This document shows positions 1 to 8,308 of a DNA stretch of 64,000 nucleotides, one piece after another. Below the pieces are notes generated by a model. That model was given only the letters and a program-made list of their open reading frames with translations, searched no databases and was not told the DNA's origin. Position 1 is the stretch's first letter. Each line of letters begins with the position of its first letter. The translations under genes and the position numbers were made by a program. Source of the stretch: a virus (lineage: Duplodnaviria > Caudoviricetes). The stretch is from IMG/VR virus record IMGVR_UViG_2928716645_000002, positions 32,001 to 96,000 of that record; one strand, 5' to 3'.

Positions 1-2
1 CC

Positions 3-1217
3 GCCTGCGATGACACAGGACCAAGCATTGAGAACATACAGCGTTTCACCGGCAGGCACCGTCAACGAAAACTTGCCTGTGTAGAGAACATACGCGGCAG
101 GATCGAGCATCGCGGCCATGCCCAGCCAGTATTTGTACTCGTCAGCCGACAACGCGTTTCCCGGCTGACCGCGCTCGCCCACACGATTGAAATTCCAGTC
201 AGCGAATGTGCCGGCTCCCCCTGAGTTGTCGGCCGTCATCGAAATGACGCCGTTTATCGGATCGTAGGTACAGACACCTTCCATCCAATTCGTCGGCGCT
301 GCGTTTGACGATGCACGTAGCCGCACACCGTTCTGGTAGGACAGCCCAACTTGCGTTGAAAACGTCTTCGTACCGGTGCCGCTGACCGCGAGTGACGTTG
401 GACTCGTCCCTTCGGTCGCGCTCTGGCCGATCAGCAGCCATTTTCCGGCAGCCAGATCGGCCGAGAATGATCCGGCGGTATGCGCCACGACGCACTGGTA
501 GATATTCTTGTTCGGACCGACGACGACCGAGGCCGGCGGCCCAACCACGTAGTTTGTCGCAGTTGCCCAGGCCGCGGCGCCGCTCCACGGAACAGGACCA
601 GTGTCTCCCTTGTCGCCCTTGGAGGCGAGCAACTGCCAGTACGCGGCATTCGGCGGTGCATGGCCGGAACCTACCGTCGTATTGACCCACACATAGGATG
701 AACCGCCACTCGAGACGAAGTCACCGACGGCGTAGGTCGCGGCGTTGTCGTAGGCCCCGCGGGCGTTGAAGCCCCTATAAATGCCCAGGAAGTTCCAAGT
801 CCCAGCGCTCTTGAACCACATCTTGCCGGACGTTGGCTGGAGCGCGTACTGACCATCTGAACCTAGCGAGGGATCCGGGGCCGAAAGCGAGATATCGACG
901 AACCAGAAAAAGCCCGTGGTATTCATCGCCGCAACAAGCGTCGAAACGTCCGCCATCGCCTGCGCGCCGGCGACGCGCTGCGGAAACCACTGCCAGATCG
1001 TATAGGCGACGTTCGTCTGAGCTCCGCCGCCCCACGCCGGAATGACCAGGTGGGTGGCGTCGGTCACGTCGGTAATGAGGGTCTGGTAGTTGCCGATCTG
1101 AAGGACGTCACCGGGCCGCACGTTCACGCCCGACCAGATCGTTCCTGATCCGGACACAGTCGTGCCGCCGGCCGCGACGGTAACCGTCCCGGTCGAGTAA
1201 CTGGCAAGCGCCGTCAT
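3..1217 (-). CDS. Tail fibre / receptor-binding protein, N-terminal part (runs off the left edge)
   Basis: Missing from the ORF track because it has no stop in the window. Hand translation from ATG at 1217: MTALASYSTGTVTVAAGGTTVSGSGTIWSG...GAYDNAATYAVGDFVSSGGSSYVW...YWQLLASKGDKGDTG. This is a typical fibre N-terminus with carbohydrate-binding-like W/Y repeats and a collagen-like linker, downstream of the tail-tip genes. Confidence 0.8.
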   Translation of the reverse strand, partial: MTALASYSTGTVTVAAGGTTVSGSGTIWSGVNVRPGDVLQIGNYQTLITDVTDATHLVIPAWGGGAQTNVAYTIWQWFPQRVAGAQAMADVSTLVAAMNTTGFFWFVDISLSAPDPSLGSDGQYALQPTSGKMWFKSAGTWNFLGIYRGFNARGAYDNAATYAVGDFVSSGGSSYVWVNTTVGSGHAPPNAAYWQLLASKGDKGDTGPVPWSGAAAWATATNYVVGPPASVVVGPNKNIYQCVVAHTAGSFSADLAAGKWLLIGQSATEGTSPTSLAVSGTGTKTFSTQVGLSYQNGVRLRASSNAAPTNWMEGVCTYDPINGVISMTADNSGGAGTFADWNFNRVGERGQPGNALSADEYKYWLGMAAMLDPAAYVLYTGKFSLTVPAGETLYVLNAWSCVIAG

Positions 1218-1287
1218 CTCGAGAACCTCTCGATTGAAGTTTCTTCTGTTTGCGGGGGTTGGAGCCGCTACCGGCTCCGCGCGCGGG

Positions 1288-1656
1288 CTATGGCAGCAGG
1301 GCCATCCGCTGATCCTCGTAGTGCGCCGGAACGCCGTTATCCTCGAGGATCTTGTTCAACTCTTCCAAGGTCTGCGCATTCCGGGCCGCCACTAGCAGGC
1401 TCCGGCGCTTGTTTTCCTTGATCATGAGGTCGTCGGGCTTCGCGAGGATGATTGCCGCGAGCTCCTGCGCGGTCTTGCCCTCAATCCTCGCTGCCTCTTC
1501 AAATTCCGCGGTCGCAGCAGCACCATCCTGGACCGACAGCGCCAGCATGTGCTTGCGGGCGTGCGCGACGTCGTGGCCATCGACCATGAGGAACGTGTTG
1601 ATCCGGCGCTCCGCCCGCTTCTTCTCCTGCACGAGGGGCGAGATGCTGATTTTCAT
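1288..1656 (-). CDS. Tail-associated hypothetical protein (possible fibre assembly chaperone)
   Basis: Helical 122 aa ORF, ATGA-coupled to the upstream gene, directly before the fibre gene. Confidence 0.6.
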   Translation of the reverse strand: MKISISPLVQEKKRAERRINTFLMVDGHDVAHARKHMLALSVQDGAAATAEFEEAARIEGKTAQELAAIILAKPDDLMIKENKRRSLLVAARNAQTLEELNKILEDNGVPAHYEDQRMALLP

Positions 1657-2219
1657 TGCGCCACCACATCGAAAGCGCCGACCTTGTAAGGTTGCGGCGG
1701 GACGACTGTCACACGGAACTGGCCGACCTGGTCGATCGCGAACTCGATATTGCCGTCGGTCACATCTTCCTGGTGAACCAGCTTGTTGTCGTACCAGATG
1801 TAGAGCGTGAACTGTTCGGGTTGGACGGTGAGGTGGAGTGCATCGACGCCGTCGGCCTTGATCGGCCTGATATCACCCGTGATGACGACCTCCGGCTTCG
1901 GCAGAACCTCTTTCGGCTCTTTCGTGACGTCCACGTACGCCTCGCGGATATCGACCGGCCCGTCATAAAGCATGTGATCAATACCGGCTGCCGTATAGGC
2001 GGCGGAGATCTCCTCCATCGGTCTTTCGGCATCGAGAATAACTTGGGTGATAAACCCCGTCGCGTCGTGCCTGATGAGCGTCTTCGTCTTGTTGATCGCT
2101 TCCGGCTCCTCGACCGTGGCCAAAATGGCTTCCGGACTGACCTCCACCGCCTGTCCGCCGTCGCCCGCCGGCGTATAGCCAGGAACAGCCCATGCCTCGT
2201 CGAGCGTTACTGCCGTCAT
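1653..2219 (-). CDS. Tail-associated hypothetical protein
   Basis: Start reassigned to MTAVTLDEAW (ATG 2219, ATGA overlap with upstream stop); beta-rich C-terminus. Confidence 0.6.
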   Translation of the reverse strand: MTAVTLDEAWAVPGYTPAGDGGQAVEVSPEAILATVEEPEAINKTKTLIRHDATGFITQVILDAERPMEEISAAYTAAGIDHMLYDGPVDIREAYVDVTKEPKEVLPKPEVVITGDIRPIKADGVDALHLTVQPEQFTLYIWYDNKLVHQEDVTDGNIEFAIDQVGQFRVTVVPPQPYKVGAFDVVAQ

Positions 2220-2620
2220 CCTGCGATTCTCCTGAAGAGCGAGAAGTAGAGGCGACCCTGCTGGTTGCCGAACTTGAACCGAAACACGATGGATGACGTC
2301 GTCACAGCCGCGTAGATCCAGAAGTCCGTGCCGCCTCCACGAAACGACTCGCACATGAGGTACTGCGCACCGGGATTCAGAAGGATGCTCGGATCGCAAT
2401 ATCCCAGCATGAACGGCGGCGCGTCGAGCGTTTCTCCGAAGTTCAACTGAGCAGTGCTGTCGTTGATACTGTCCAGGGTGCCGCTCAAATAGAACTGGTG
2501 GCCTGACCAGCGAGAATCGAAGACCGTCTGGTCAAGGTTGGCGACGGTCGCATCGATCCCCGGCTTGCTGACGACGAGTTTCGCGCTCGCGCCACCCTGC
2601 AATAGGACCCGCTGGGTCAC
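2216..2620 (-). CDS. Minor tail protein, paralogue 3 of an S(K/R)PG-motif trio
   Basis: LVVSKPGIDAT...VFDSR motif shared with the two upstream ORFs. Confidence 0.65.
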   Translation of the reverse strand: MTQRVLLQGGASAKLVVSKPGIDATVANLDQTVFDSRWSGHQFYLSGTLDSINDSTAQLNFGETLDAPPFMLGYCDPSILLNPGAQYLMCESFRGGGTDFWIYAAVTTSSIVFRFKFGNQQGRLYFSLFRRIAG

Positions 2621-3057
2621 CCGAGGCTCCTATTGAAGATCATGTAGTCCACGTAGATCCCGTAGGACTCCGAGATCGTGTTGTTGAACGTCAATGCGCT
2701 GTTGGAAATCCGGAAGCCGTTTTGGATCTCGTAGTAGACCACACCACCGATTGTGAGGTCTCGCGCCATCGCCATATCGAGCCGGTATGGGTAAGAGACA
2801 ACACCCGAGTCGATGTACGTTCTAAACGCAACATACGGATTTTGCGGAAGCGTCACCGTATAAGGAATATTCACGTCGCCGCTCAATGGTGGCAGAAAGA
2901 CGCTGCCGGACAGGATGACTTGTTCGTTCTTGGTGTCCGGCTTGAGGAGAAAGTCGCCCGGCACCGTTGCCGTAACTACGTCAACGCCCGGACGCGACAA
3001 CCAGACACCGTAACCGCCAAGGCTCGGATGCAAACCCATAAGGAAGCGTCGAGCCAT
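2617..3057 (-). CDS. Minor tail protein, paralogue 2 of the trio
   Basis: VWLSRPGVDVVTA motif; start MARRFLMG by TGATG coupling at 3057. Confidence 0.65.
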   Translation of the reverse strand: MARRFLMGLHPSLGGYGVWLSRPGVDVVTATVPGDFLLKPDTKNEQVILSGSVFLPPLSGDVNIPYTVTLPQNPYVAFRTYIDSGVVSYPYRLDMAMARDLTIGGVVYYEIQNGFRISNSALTFNNTISESYGIYVDYMIFNRSLG

Positions 3058-3494
3058 CACTGAACCTGCCAAGCGATATAGAACAGGGTGACAGATGCTC
3101 CGTACAGCCGCGAATGCCTATAGGTCCACAGGCCAGAGTCTGTTGCGGTGAATCCGTCCGTTTCGCATAGCACCGCGAACGGCACTCGCTGGATCGCGAC
3201 GCTACTATTGGCATCACGCATCACCATCGATTGGCTATAGGCAGCCATACCCGAGTTGAGACCGTACGCAATGATGTCAATGGCTGGCGGCTTCGGATAA
3301 GTGGTGGCGTAGAAAACCTTCCCGCTCACCAGGAAGCTATAACCTGGCAAAATTCCGACCTCTAACGGCCGCCCCTGGTTGAGACGACTGTCCAGCGCCA
3401 AATACTTGTAGTCGACAGCCGGTGGCGACTGCGCATCGAAGCCAGGCTTGGAAACCGTCACTCGGGTTGAGTCGATGTAAATCCTAACGGACAC
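3057..3494 (-). CDS. Minor tail protein, paralogue 1 of the trio
   Basis: VTVSKPGFDAQ...LALDSR motif; follows the J-like gene. Confidence 0.65.
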   Translation of the reverse strand: MSVRIYIDSTRVTVSKPGFDAQSPPAVDYKYLALDSRLNQGRPLEVGILPGYSFLVSGKVFYATTYPKPPAIDIIAYGLNSGMAAYSQSMVMRDANSSVAIQRVPFAVLCETDGFTATDSGLWTYRHSRLYGASVTLFYIAWQVQ

Positions 3495-3500
3495 CGCCCG

Positions 3501-6500
3501 TCACTCCGAGATGATGAGGGTGCCGGCTGTCAGGTTGAAGACCACCTTGCCGTCCGAGCTCTGGATGATACCCGCAGTCAGCGTCCCGACATTCGCAGTG
3601 ATCGCACTCAGCACGCCGATGTTCATCATCCGGGCCGTAACCGTCCCGTCGAGGTACATATTCGCCGTGATACCGATCGAGGCGACGCCGGCGATAGTGC
3701 CAACGGTGAAGACCGGCGTCGGTGCTCCGCCGTTGTAGCCAGGAAGCTGGATCTGAAATTTGTCGGCGACGACAGTGAAGGCGGATGTCCCAGAACCCCC
3801 GTTGACCAGTTGGATGCCAGATATGTAACCGTTCACATTCAGTGTGAGCGACCATGCCGCCGCGGCGTATCCCTCGACCGTGGCAATTGCCGTTGCCTGC
3901 TCACTGATGGTGGCATTGACGTCCCCGAACTGGGCGGTGACGGAGGTCTCGAGGTCAGCGACTGCCTGCTGCGCGTCGACTGCAACGGTCTGAACTATCG
4001 CGATTTCGGCAAACGCTGCGCCAACTCGGGCGGACATCTCCGACCGAATGGTTTTGGTATCCAGCCAGTTGCGCGAGGTCAGATTGGCGACAGCGGTAGA
4101 GATCAGTTGCAGATTTGCATTGATCTCGTCGTTGTTTTGATCGGTGACCTCCGTGACCTGCTTTTTCAAGGCCGCGTTAAAGGACTCGAGCGAGACCATG
4201 CCGGGCGCCAGCTTGACCGTCGGGGCATCGAGATCAACGGTCGAATATGCGCCCCGCATCGTCGCGTTGACGGCCTGCACTCGAAGTGTCGCAGCAGCCA
4301 GGCTGACGATGACATCGAACTGGTTCTCGGCACCCTCGTAGACCTGTGTCCAGCTCTTGCCGTCGTCATAGGAAATGCCGGCGACGTAGTAGATCGCGCC
4401 TTCGGTCGGAAACCAGCTGGCGAACAGCCTCGGCTCCGCAGTGCCCTGGCTGATGTAGGCGTTGAGGCCAAATACCAGCGGCACCTTGTCGTTCGACGGG
4501 TACTGCGGGCTTGGCAGGATTGGCGGCGTGCCGAGGTCGGTCGCGTGAACGCGCTCGTCATCGACCACCAGGCTGAGCGAGCAGGTGTGGCCGTTCGGCG
4601 AGCCGTTCAGGACGAGGCAGAGCTTGGACGAGCTCTCGCCGGTTCCGAGTTCAAACGACGGCGGCTCGCCGCCATCCTCGCGCGCAAGGACGGCAGTCAG
4701 GGTTGTCGATTGCGACGACTCGGCTGCCGCTAGGCTGGCCGGGTTGAGGTTCGCGATCGCTGCATTCGCACCCTCGGTACACAGAACCGGGCCGAAGAAC
4801 TTTCCGTTCGGCCGGCGCAGCCGGATGTAGAACGGCCCGCTATCCCATGTCGGCGCCGGATCCAGCGTCAGCGCGTTGCCGGCCACGCCGACGACCGCTC
4901 CTCCGTAGCCATAAGCCTGCGGTAGCTCGGACTGCACCCGAACGACGGAGCCGAGCGTGATGGCCCTGCCCTCGTACTCGACGCCGATCGTGACGTTCTC
5001 ACGCCGATAGAAGGACTGGAGGTAGGTGAAGCCACATTCGCGGAACGCCTGTTGACGATTGACGATGCCGTCGATGCGGATCGTCGTGGCGTTGAGTGAC
5101 GTGAAGGTATCGCCGTTCGGCGGATACTGGACCTGGGCCGCCTGCCAGGTGTTCTCGTCGACGTATTCGAGAATGACGGCGTCAGGGTCTTCCTCGCCCA
5201 GCATCGTGAAATCGATCGCGGTCGAGTCCCGCACGATCTCGCGGTCGGTCAGCAGCATGGTCGGGACGTCGCGCCATTCGTCGCGGACGATCGATACGGT
5301 GTCCCCGAGCCAGAAGTGCTTCGCCCTCGCGACGCCGAGGATCTTGTCGAAGGCCTCCGGCACCGCGACAGCGGAATCGAACCTGAAATCGAAGGTATCG
5401 TTGCGGCTCGTGCAGCCGGCGGCGAAGTTCACGACGGCGTTGAAATCGACCTTCGAGATGCCGAGGCCAGACCCGTACTGGGTATTCGCGACGCTGTCGA
5501 AGAACGCCCAGCCCGGGCTTCGCGTCGCCTGCGATACGAAGGCCGACCCGTTCCAGACCTGCAGCACCCGAGTGCCCAGCACGCCGAATTTGTACGAGCC
5601 CTGGGTCGACTGGGACGCCTTGATCCGGATCGCGATGGTCGAGACGTCCGGGAAGGAATTGTTGCCCTTGAGGAAAGAGCGCAGACCAGCCCAGATCACG
5701 GAATTGGAGCCGCCGGTGCCGGCGAGCTCAGCGTCTTCACGGCGGAAGCGGACCAGATAGCGGCCCGGGAACACATCGACCTTGACGCTGTTGCGGACAG
5801 GCGCCTGTGACCCGTACTGGAACGTGGTCGAGAACAGCGGGTTGAACGGTCCGGTCTGAGTGCCGGCGTCATCGCATGACGCATACTCGGCCGTCAGCCA
5901 AACGTTTGAATAGCCGATAGAGCCGTCCTTGCCACTGACGGTAAAGCAGCCGGCAGCGAACGCGAAGTCGACAGCGATCGACTGCGTCTCCGTTCCCGCC
6001 GGATTCGCGACGAATGGGCCGATCCAGGCTCCGGGTGTCCTCGCCGACGGCGGGATAGGATTGCCGTTCGTATCGTATTGACCACCCGATGTGCCCGTTC
6101 CCGACGGCAGCTGCTGCCCGTTGACCTCAACCGATTGGTCGACATTGGTCGGAAACAACGTGACCGTGGCGCCAGGTTCATAGAACGCGACCTGTGCTCC
6201 GGCGAACGAGGCCGAGACGCCGTTGGTCTGATCCCAGAAGACCGTGTCGTCGACATAGATCTTCTCGTAGGACATGCTGCCCATCGAGACGGAGAGTAGC
6301 AGGTTGAGATATTGATCGTTGCCGATGAACTCGGCCCATGGCGTCGCGGCGAAGTCCGGGAAGGCCTTCAGGCGGCCGTACCAAACCGGCAGCGGCTGCC
6401 CGAGCTTCGCGACGTTCCCCTGCGCCGTCACCGAATAAATCTGATCGGCGTTCGAGCTCGGCGAATTGGTCGCGCCGGCCTTGGGCAGGATCAGAGCGTT

Positions 6501-7004
6501 GACGAGCAGCGTGCCGCCAATCGCAAGGCCGGCGCCGAGCGCCGTGGCACCGAAGCTGCCCGCGGTGAGGCCGAACAGGCCGACAGGAGCCCAGAGCGCG
6601 AAGGCCGACACCGCGACCAGCGCGACGATGCCGATGACCTGCTTGACAGCATTGCCGCCCTGCCCGCCGCCGCGCGGGAAACTCATGAAGCGAACCTGGT
6701 CGGACGCCCCGATCCGGCGCCGACGCCAATCCTTCCGCAGCACCGCCTCGCCGTTGATCTCGAGGATCGTCGGCAGTCCCTTCGCGAACTGCCAGCCATA
6801 GGTGCGATCGCGCCAAGCCCAACCGGTACGGCGCAGGAAGGACGTCACGGTCTCGCGCGGGCGCGGCTCGGCGCGAGCGACCTCGAGGCCGGGCATCACG
6901 AGATGCACGGCTGGACGGCGGGCAGCGCGCTCGCGCCGGCGGCGGTCACGCGGCCGCGGCGCCGGTGCGCGTGGCGCCCGTGCTGGTTTCAACGATCCAT
7001 GCAT
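3501..7004 (-). CDS. Tail tip / host specificity protein (lambda I+J-like, TipJ)
   Basis: N-terminal ubiquitin-like tail-I region, GQPLPVWYGR motif, SIVRD motif, and C-terminal NVNGYISGIQL...FTVVADKF (DUF1983-like). Start probably MHGSLK at 7004. Confidence 0.85.
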   Translation of the reverse strand: MHGSLKPARAPRAPAPRPRDRRRRERAARRPAVHLVMPGLEVARAEPRPRETVTSFLRRTGWAWRDRTYGWQFAKGLPTILEINGEAVLRKDWRRRRIGASDQVRFMSFPRGGGQGGNAVKQVIGIVALVAVSAFALWAPVGLFGLTAGSFGATALGAGLAIGGTLLVNALILPKAGATNSPSSNADQIYSVTAQGNVAKLGQPLPVWYGRLKAFPDFAATPWAEFIGNDQYLNLLLSVSMGSMSYEKIYVDDTVFWDQTNGVSASFAGAQVAFYEPGATVTLFPTNVDQSVEVNGQQLPSGTGTSGGQYDTNGNPIPPSARTPGAWIGPFVANPAGTETQSIAVDFAFAAGCFTVSGKDGSIGYSNVWLTAEYASCDDAGTQTGPFNPLFSTTFQYGSQAPVRNSVKVDVFPGRYLVRFRREDAELAGTGGSNSVIWAGLRSFLKGNNSFPDVSTIAIRIKASQSTQGSYKFGVLGTRVLQVWNGSAFVSQATRSPGWAFFDSVANTQYGSGLGISKVDFNAVVNFAAGCTSRNDTFDFRFDSAVAVPEAFDKILGVARAKHFWLGDTVSIVRDEWRDVPTMLLTDREIVRDSTAIDFTMLGEEDPDAVILEYVDENTWQAAQVQYPPNGDTFTSLNATTIRIDGIVNRQQAFRECGFTYLQSFYRRENVTIGVEYEGRAITLGSVVRVQSELPQAYGYGGAVVGVAGNALTLDPAPTWDSGPFYIRLRRPNGKFFGPVLCTEGANAAIANLNPASLAAAESSQSTTLTAVLAREDGGEPPSFELGTGESSSKLCLVLNGSPNGHTCSLSLVVDDERVHATDLGTPPILPSPQYPSNDKVPLVFGLNAYISQGTAEPRLFASWFPTEGAIYYVAGISYDDGKSWTQVYEGAENQFDVIVSLAAATLRVQAVNATMRGAYSTVDLDAPTVKLAPGMVSLESFNAALKKQVTEVTDQNNDEINANLQLISTAVANLTSRNWLDTKTIRSEMSARVGAAFAEIAIVQTVAVDAQQAVADLETSVTAQFGDVNATISEQATAIATVEGYAAAAWSLTLNVNGYISGIQLVNGGSGTSAFTVVADKFQIQLPGYNGGAPTPVFTVGTIAGVASIGITANMYLDGTVTARMMNIGVLSAITANVGTLTAGIIQSSDGKVVFNLTAGTLIISE

Positions 7005-7005
7005 G

Positions 7006-7416
7006 TCAATTCGGCTCGAAAAACCGGAGTTTCTTCCAACCCATTTGCCGCAGGGCCAGAACGGTTTCGCAGGCGACACCCTGCCTCTCATCGCAGTGGA
7101 TGACCCGCTGCTCAGGCTTCAGCCAGACACCGATGTGCGCCGGCATCTGCAGGTGGGCCATCAGAACGAGCGCACCGTCTGCGGCACTGACCAACCCGCC
7201 CGGCCCTTCCGGCACTTCGCGCCAGAGATCCCGCTCCGGATGCCCGTCGAAGGACTCCAGCACCCACCGCTTTGAGAAATCATTCGGGACCGGGATGCGC
7301 GGGAGGCCTCGCCCGAACAATTCCTTCTCGACATGGCAGACGAAATCCCAGCAGTTGCGGGTCTGCCAGGCCCACGGTTCACCGATCAGCGGCGCAAGAA
7401 ATTCGGAACGCGTCAT
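7006..7416 (-). CDS. NlpC/P60 tail tip assembly protein (K-like)
   Basis: IGEPW...NCWDFV...HIGVW...VIH catalytic Cys/His pattern; start MTRSEF at 7416 by ATGA coupling. Confidence 0.85.
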   Translation of the reverse strand: MTRSEFLAPLIGEPWAWQTRNCWDFVCHVEKELFGRGLPRIPVPNDFSKRWVLESFDGHPERDLWREVPEGPGGLVSAADGALVLMAHLQMPAHIGVWLKPEQRVIHCDERQGVACETVLALRQMGWKKLRFFEPN

Positions 7417-7934
7417 GTCAGGCTCGGAAACTGCACATAGTCGTAGTTTTTCGTGAGCTTCGGAAACCGCTTGTTCTGCAGATTCCTCACCATCACGGTG
7501 CCGCTGATCGAGGCGCCGACAACCTTGACGTTGCGGAGCTCGAACTCGACCGCGCCGTATGACGGTTGCGTCAGATCGGTCGCGAGGTATTCCCGGTACA
7601 GGACCGAGATGTATTCGCGGTAGCCGAGCGCCGCTCGAATCTTCGGCAGCAACTCGCGATTGACGTTGTCGATCTTGATGTTGGTCTGCGGCGGCTGCCC
7701 CTGCCGCTGTTCCGGATATGTCGACTCGAACGGGCATGCGATGAACGTCACGTTCTCGCCAGGATTGCGCGGCGCCGCCAACTCAATGCCGAATGTCATG
7801 TCATCGCCGACGTTCGCGACAACCCGCGCCGCGACATCAAAGGAAGACTGCCAGATCTCGAGCGTGTGGTAGACCCGCGCGCTGGGCGGGCACGACGCAT
7901 AGGCCTCGAGGAGCGCTTCGTTATGGGTCGCCAT
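7413..7934 (-). CDS. Minor tail protein (DUF1833-like)
   Basis: EAYAS, TLEI, F.ACPF, I.IDNV, YREYL, FPSL motifs; position between the M-like and K-like genes. Confidence 0.75.
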   Translation of the reverse strand: MATHNEALLEAYASCPPSARVYHTLEIWQSSFDVAARVVANVGDDMTFGIELAAPRNPGENVTFIACPFESTYPEQRQGQPPQTNIKIDNVNRELLPKIRAALGYREYISVLYREYLATDLTQPSYGAVEFELRNVKVVGASISGTVMVRNLQNKRFPKLTKNYDYVQFPSLT

Positions 7935-8305
7935 CAGAGATTAAACACCATGAGCGTCATGGTGGCAGCGATGCGGCTTGCCGATGTCGGCACATAGCTG
8001 GGCTTGCCACCCTTTGCGAACTTGCAGGTCTTCGTGGCGTAGGCGGAGCCGAGCCAGACCGGCGCCGTGAATCGACCGCTGCCGTTGTTGAGCGTGTCTC
8101 GCACCCACGCCACAAAGACGTCGTGCTCGGCATTCGTGAAACTGATCGTCTGGACGATCGTGCCTACGTTGTCGCCGGGCCGCGGCCGCTCGCGGGTATT
8201 GCCGCCTTCCATGTCCGTCGCGATCGGTTCGAGGAACCGCTTCTGGATCTGGAATCCACTCTTCTGCGGTCGGCTGTTGACCGCGGGCCAGGACGGAAGG
8301 GCCAT
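7934..8305 (-). CDS. Distal tail protein (lambda M-like)
   Basis: LPSWP...TDMEGGNTR.R...F.AW...L.NG...F pattern; follows the tape measure gene. Confidence 0.7.
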   Translation of the reverse strand: MALPSWPAVNSRPQKSGFQIQKRFLEPIATDMEGGNTRERPRPGDNVGTIVQTISFTNAEHDVFVAWVRDTLNNGSGRFTAPVWLGSAYATKTCKFAKGGKPSYVPTSASRIAATMTLMVFNL

Positions 8306-8308
8306 CGC

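Noticed and set aside
1-7004. Diversity-generating retroelement or invertible tail-fibre cassette
   Set aside because: No reverse transcriptase, invertase or template/variable repeat pair seen; the fibre C-terminus is outside the window.
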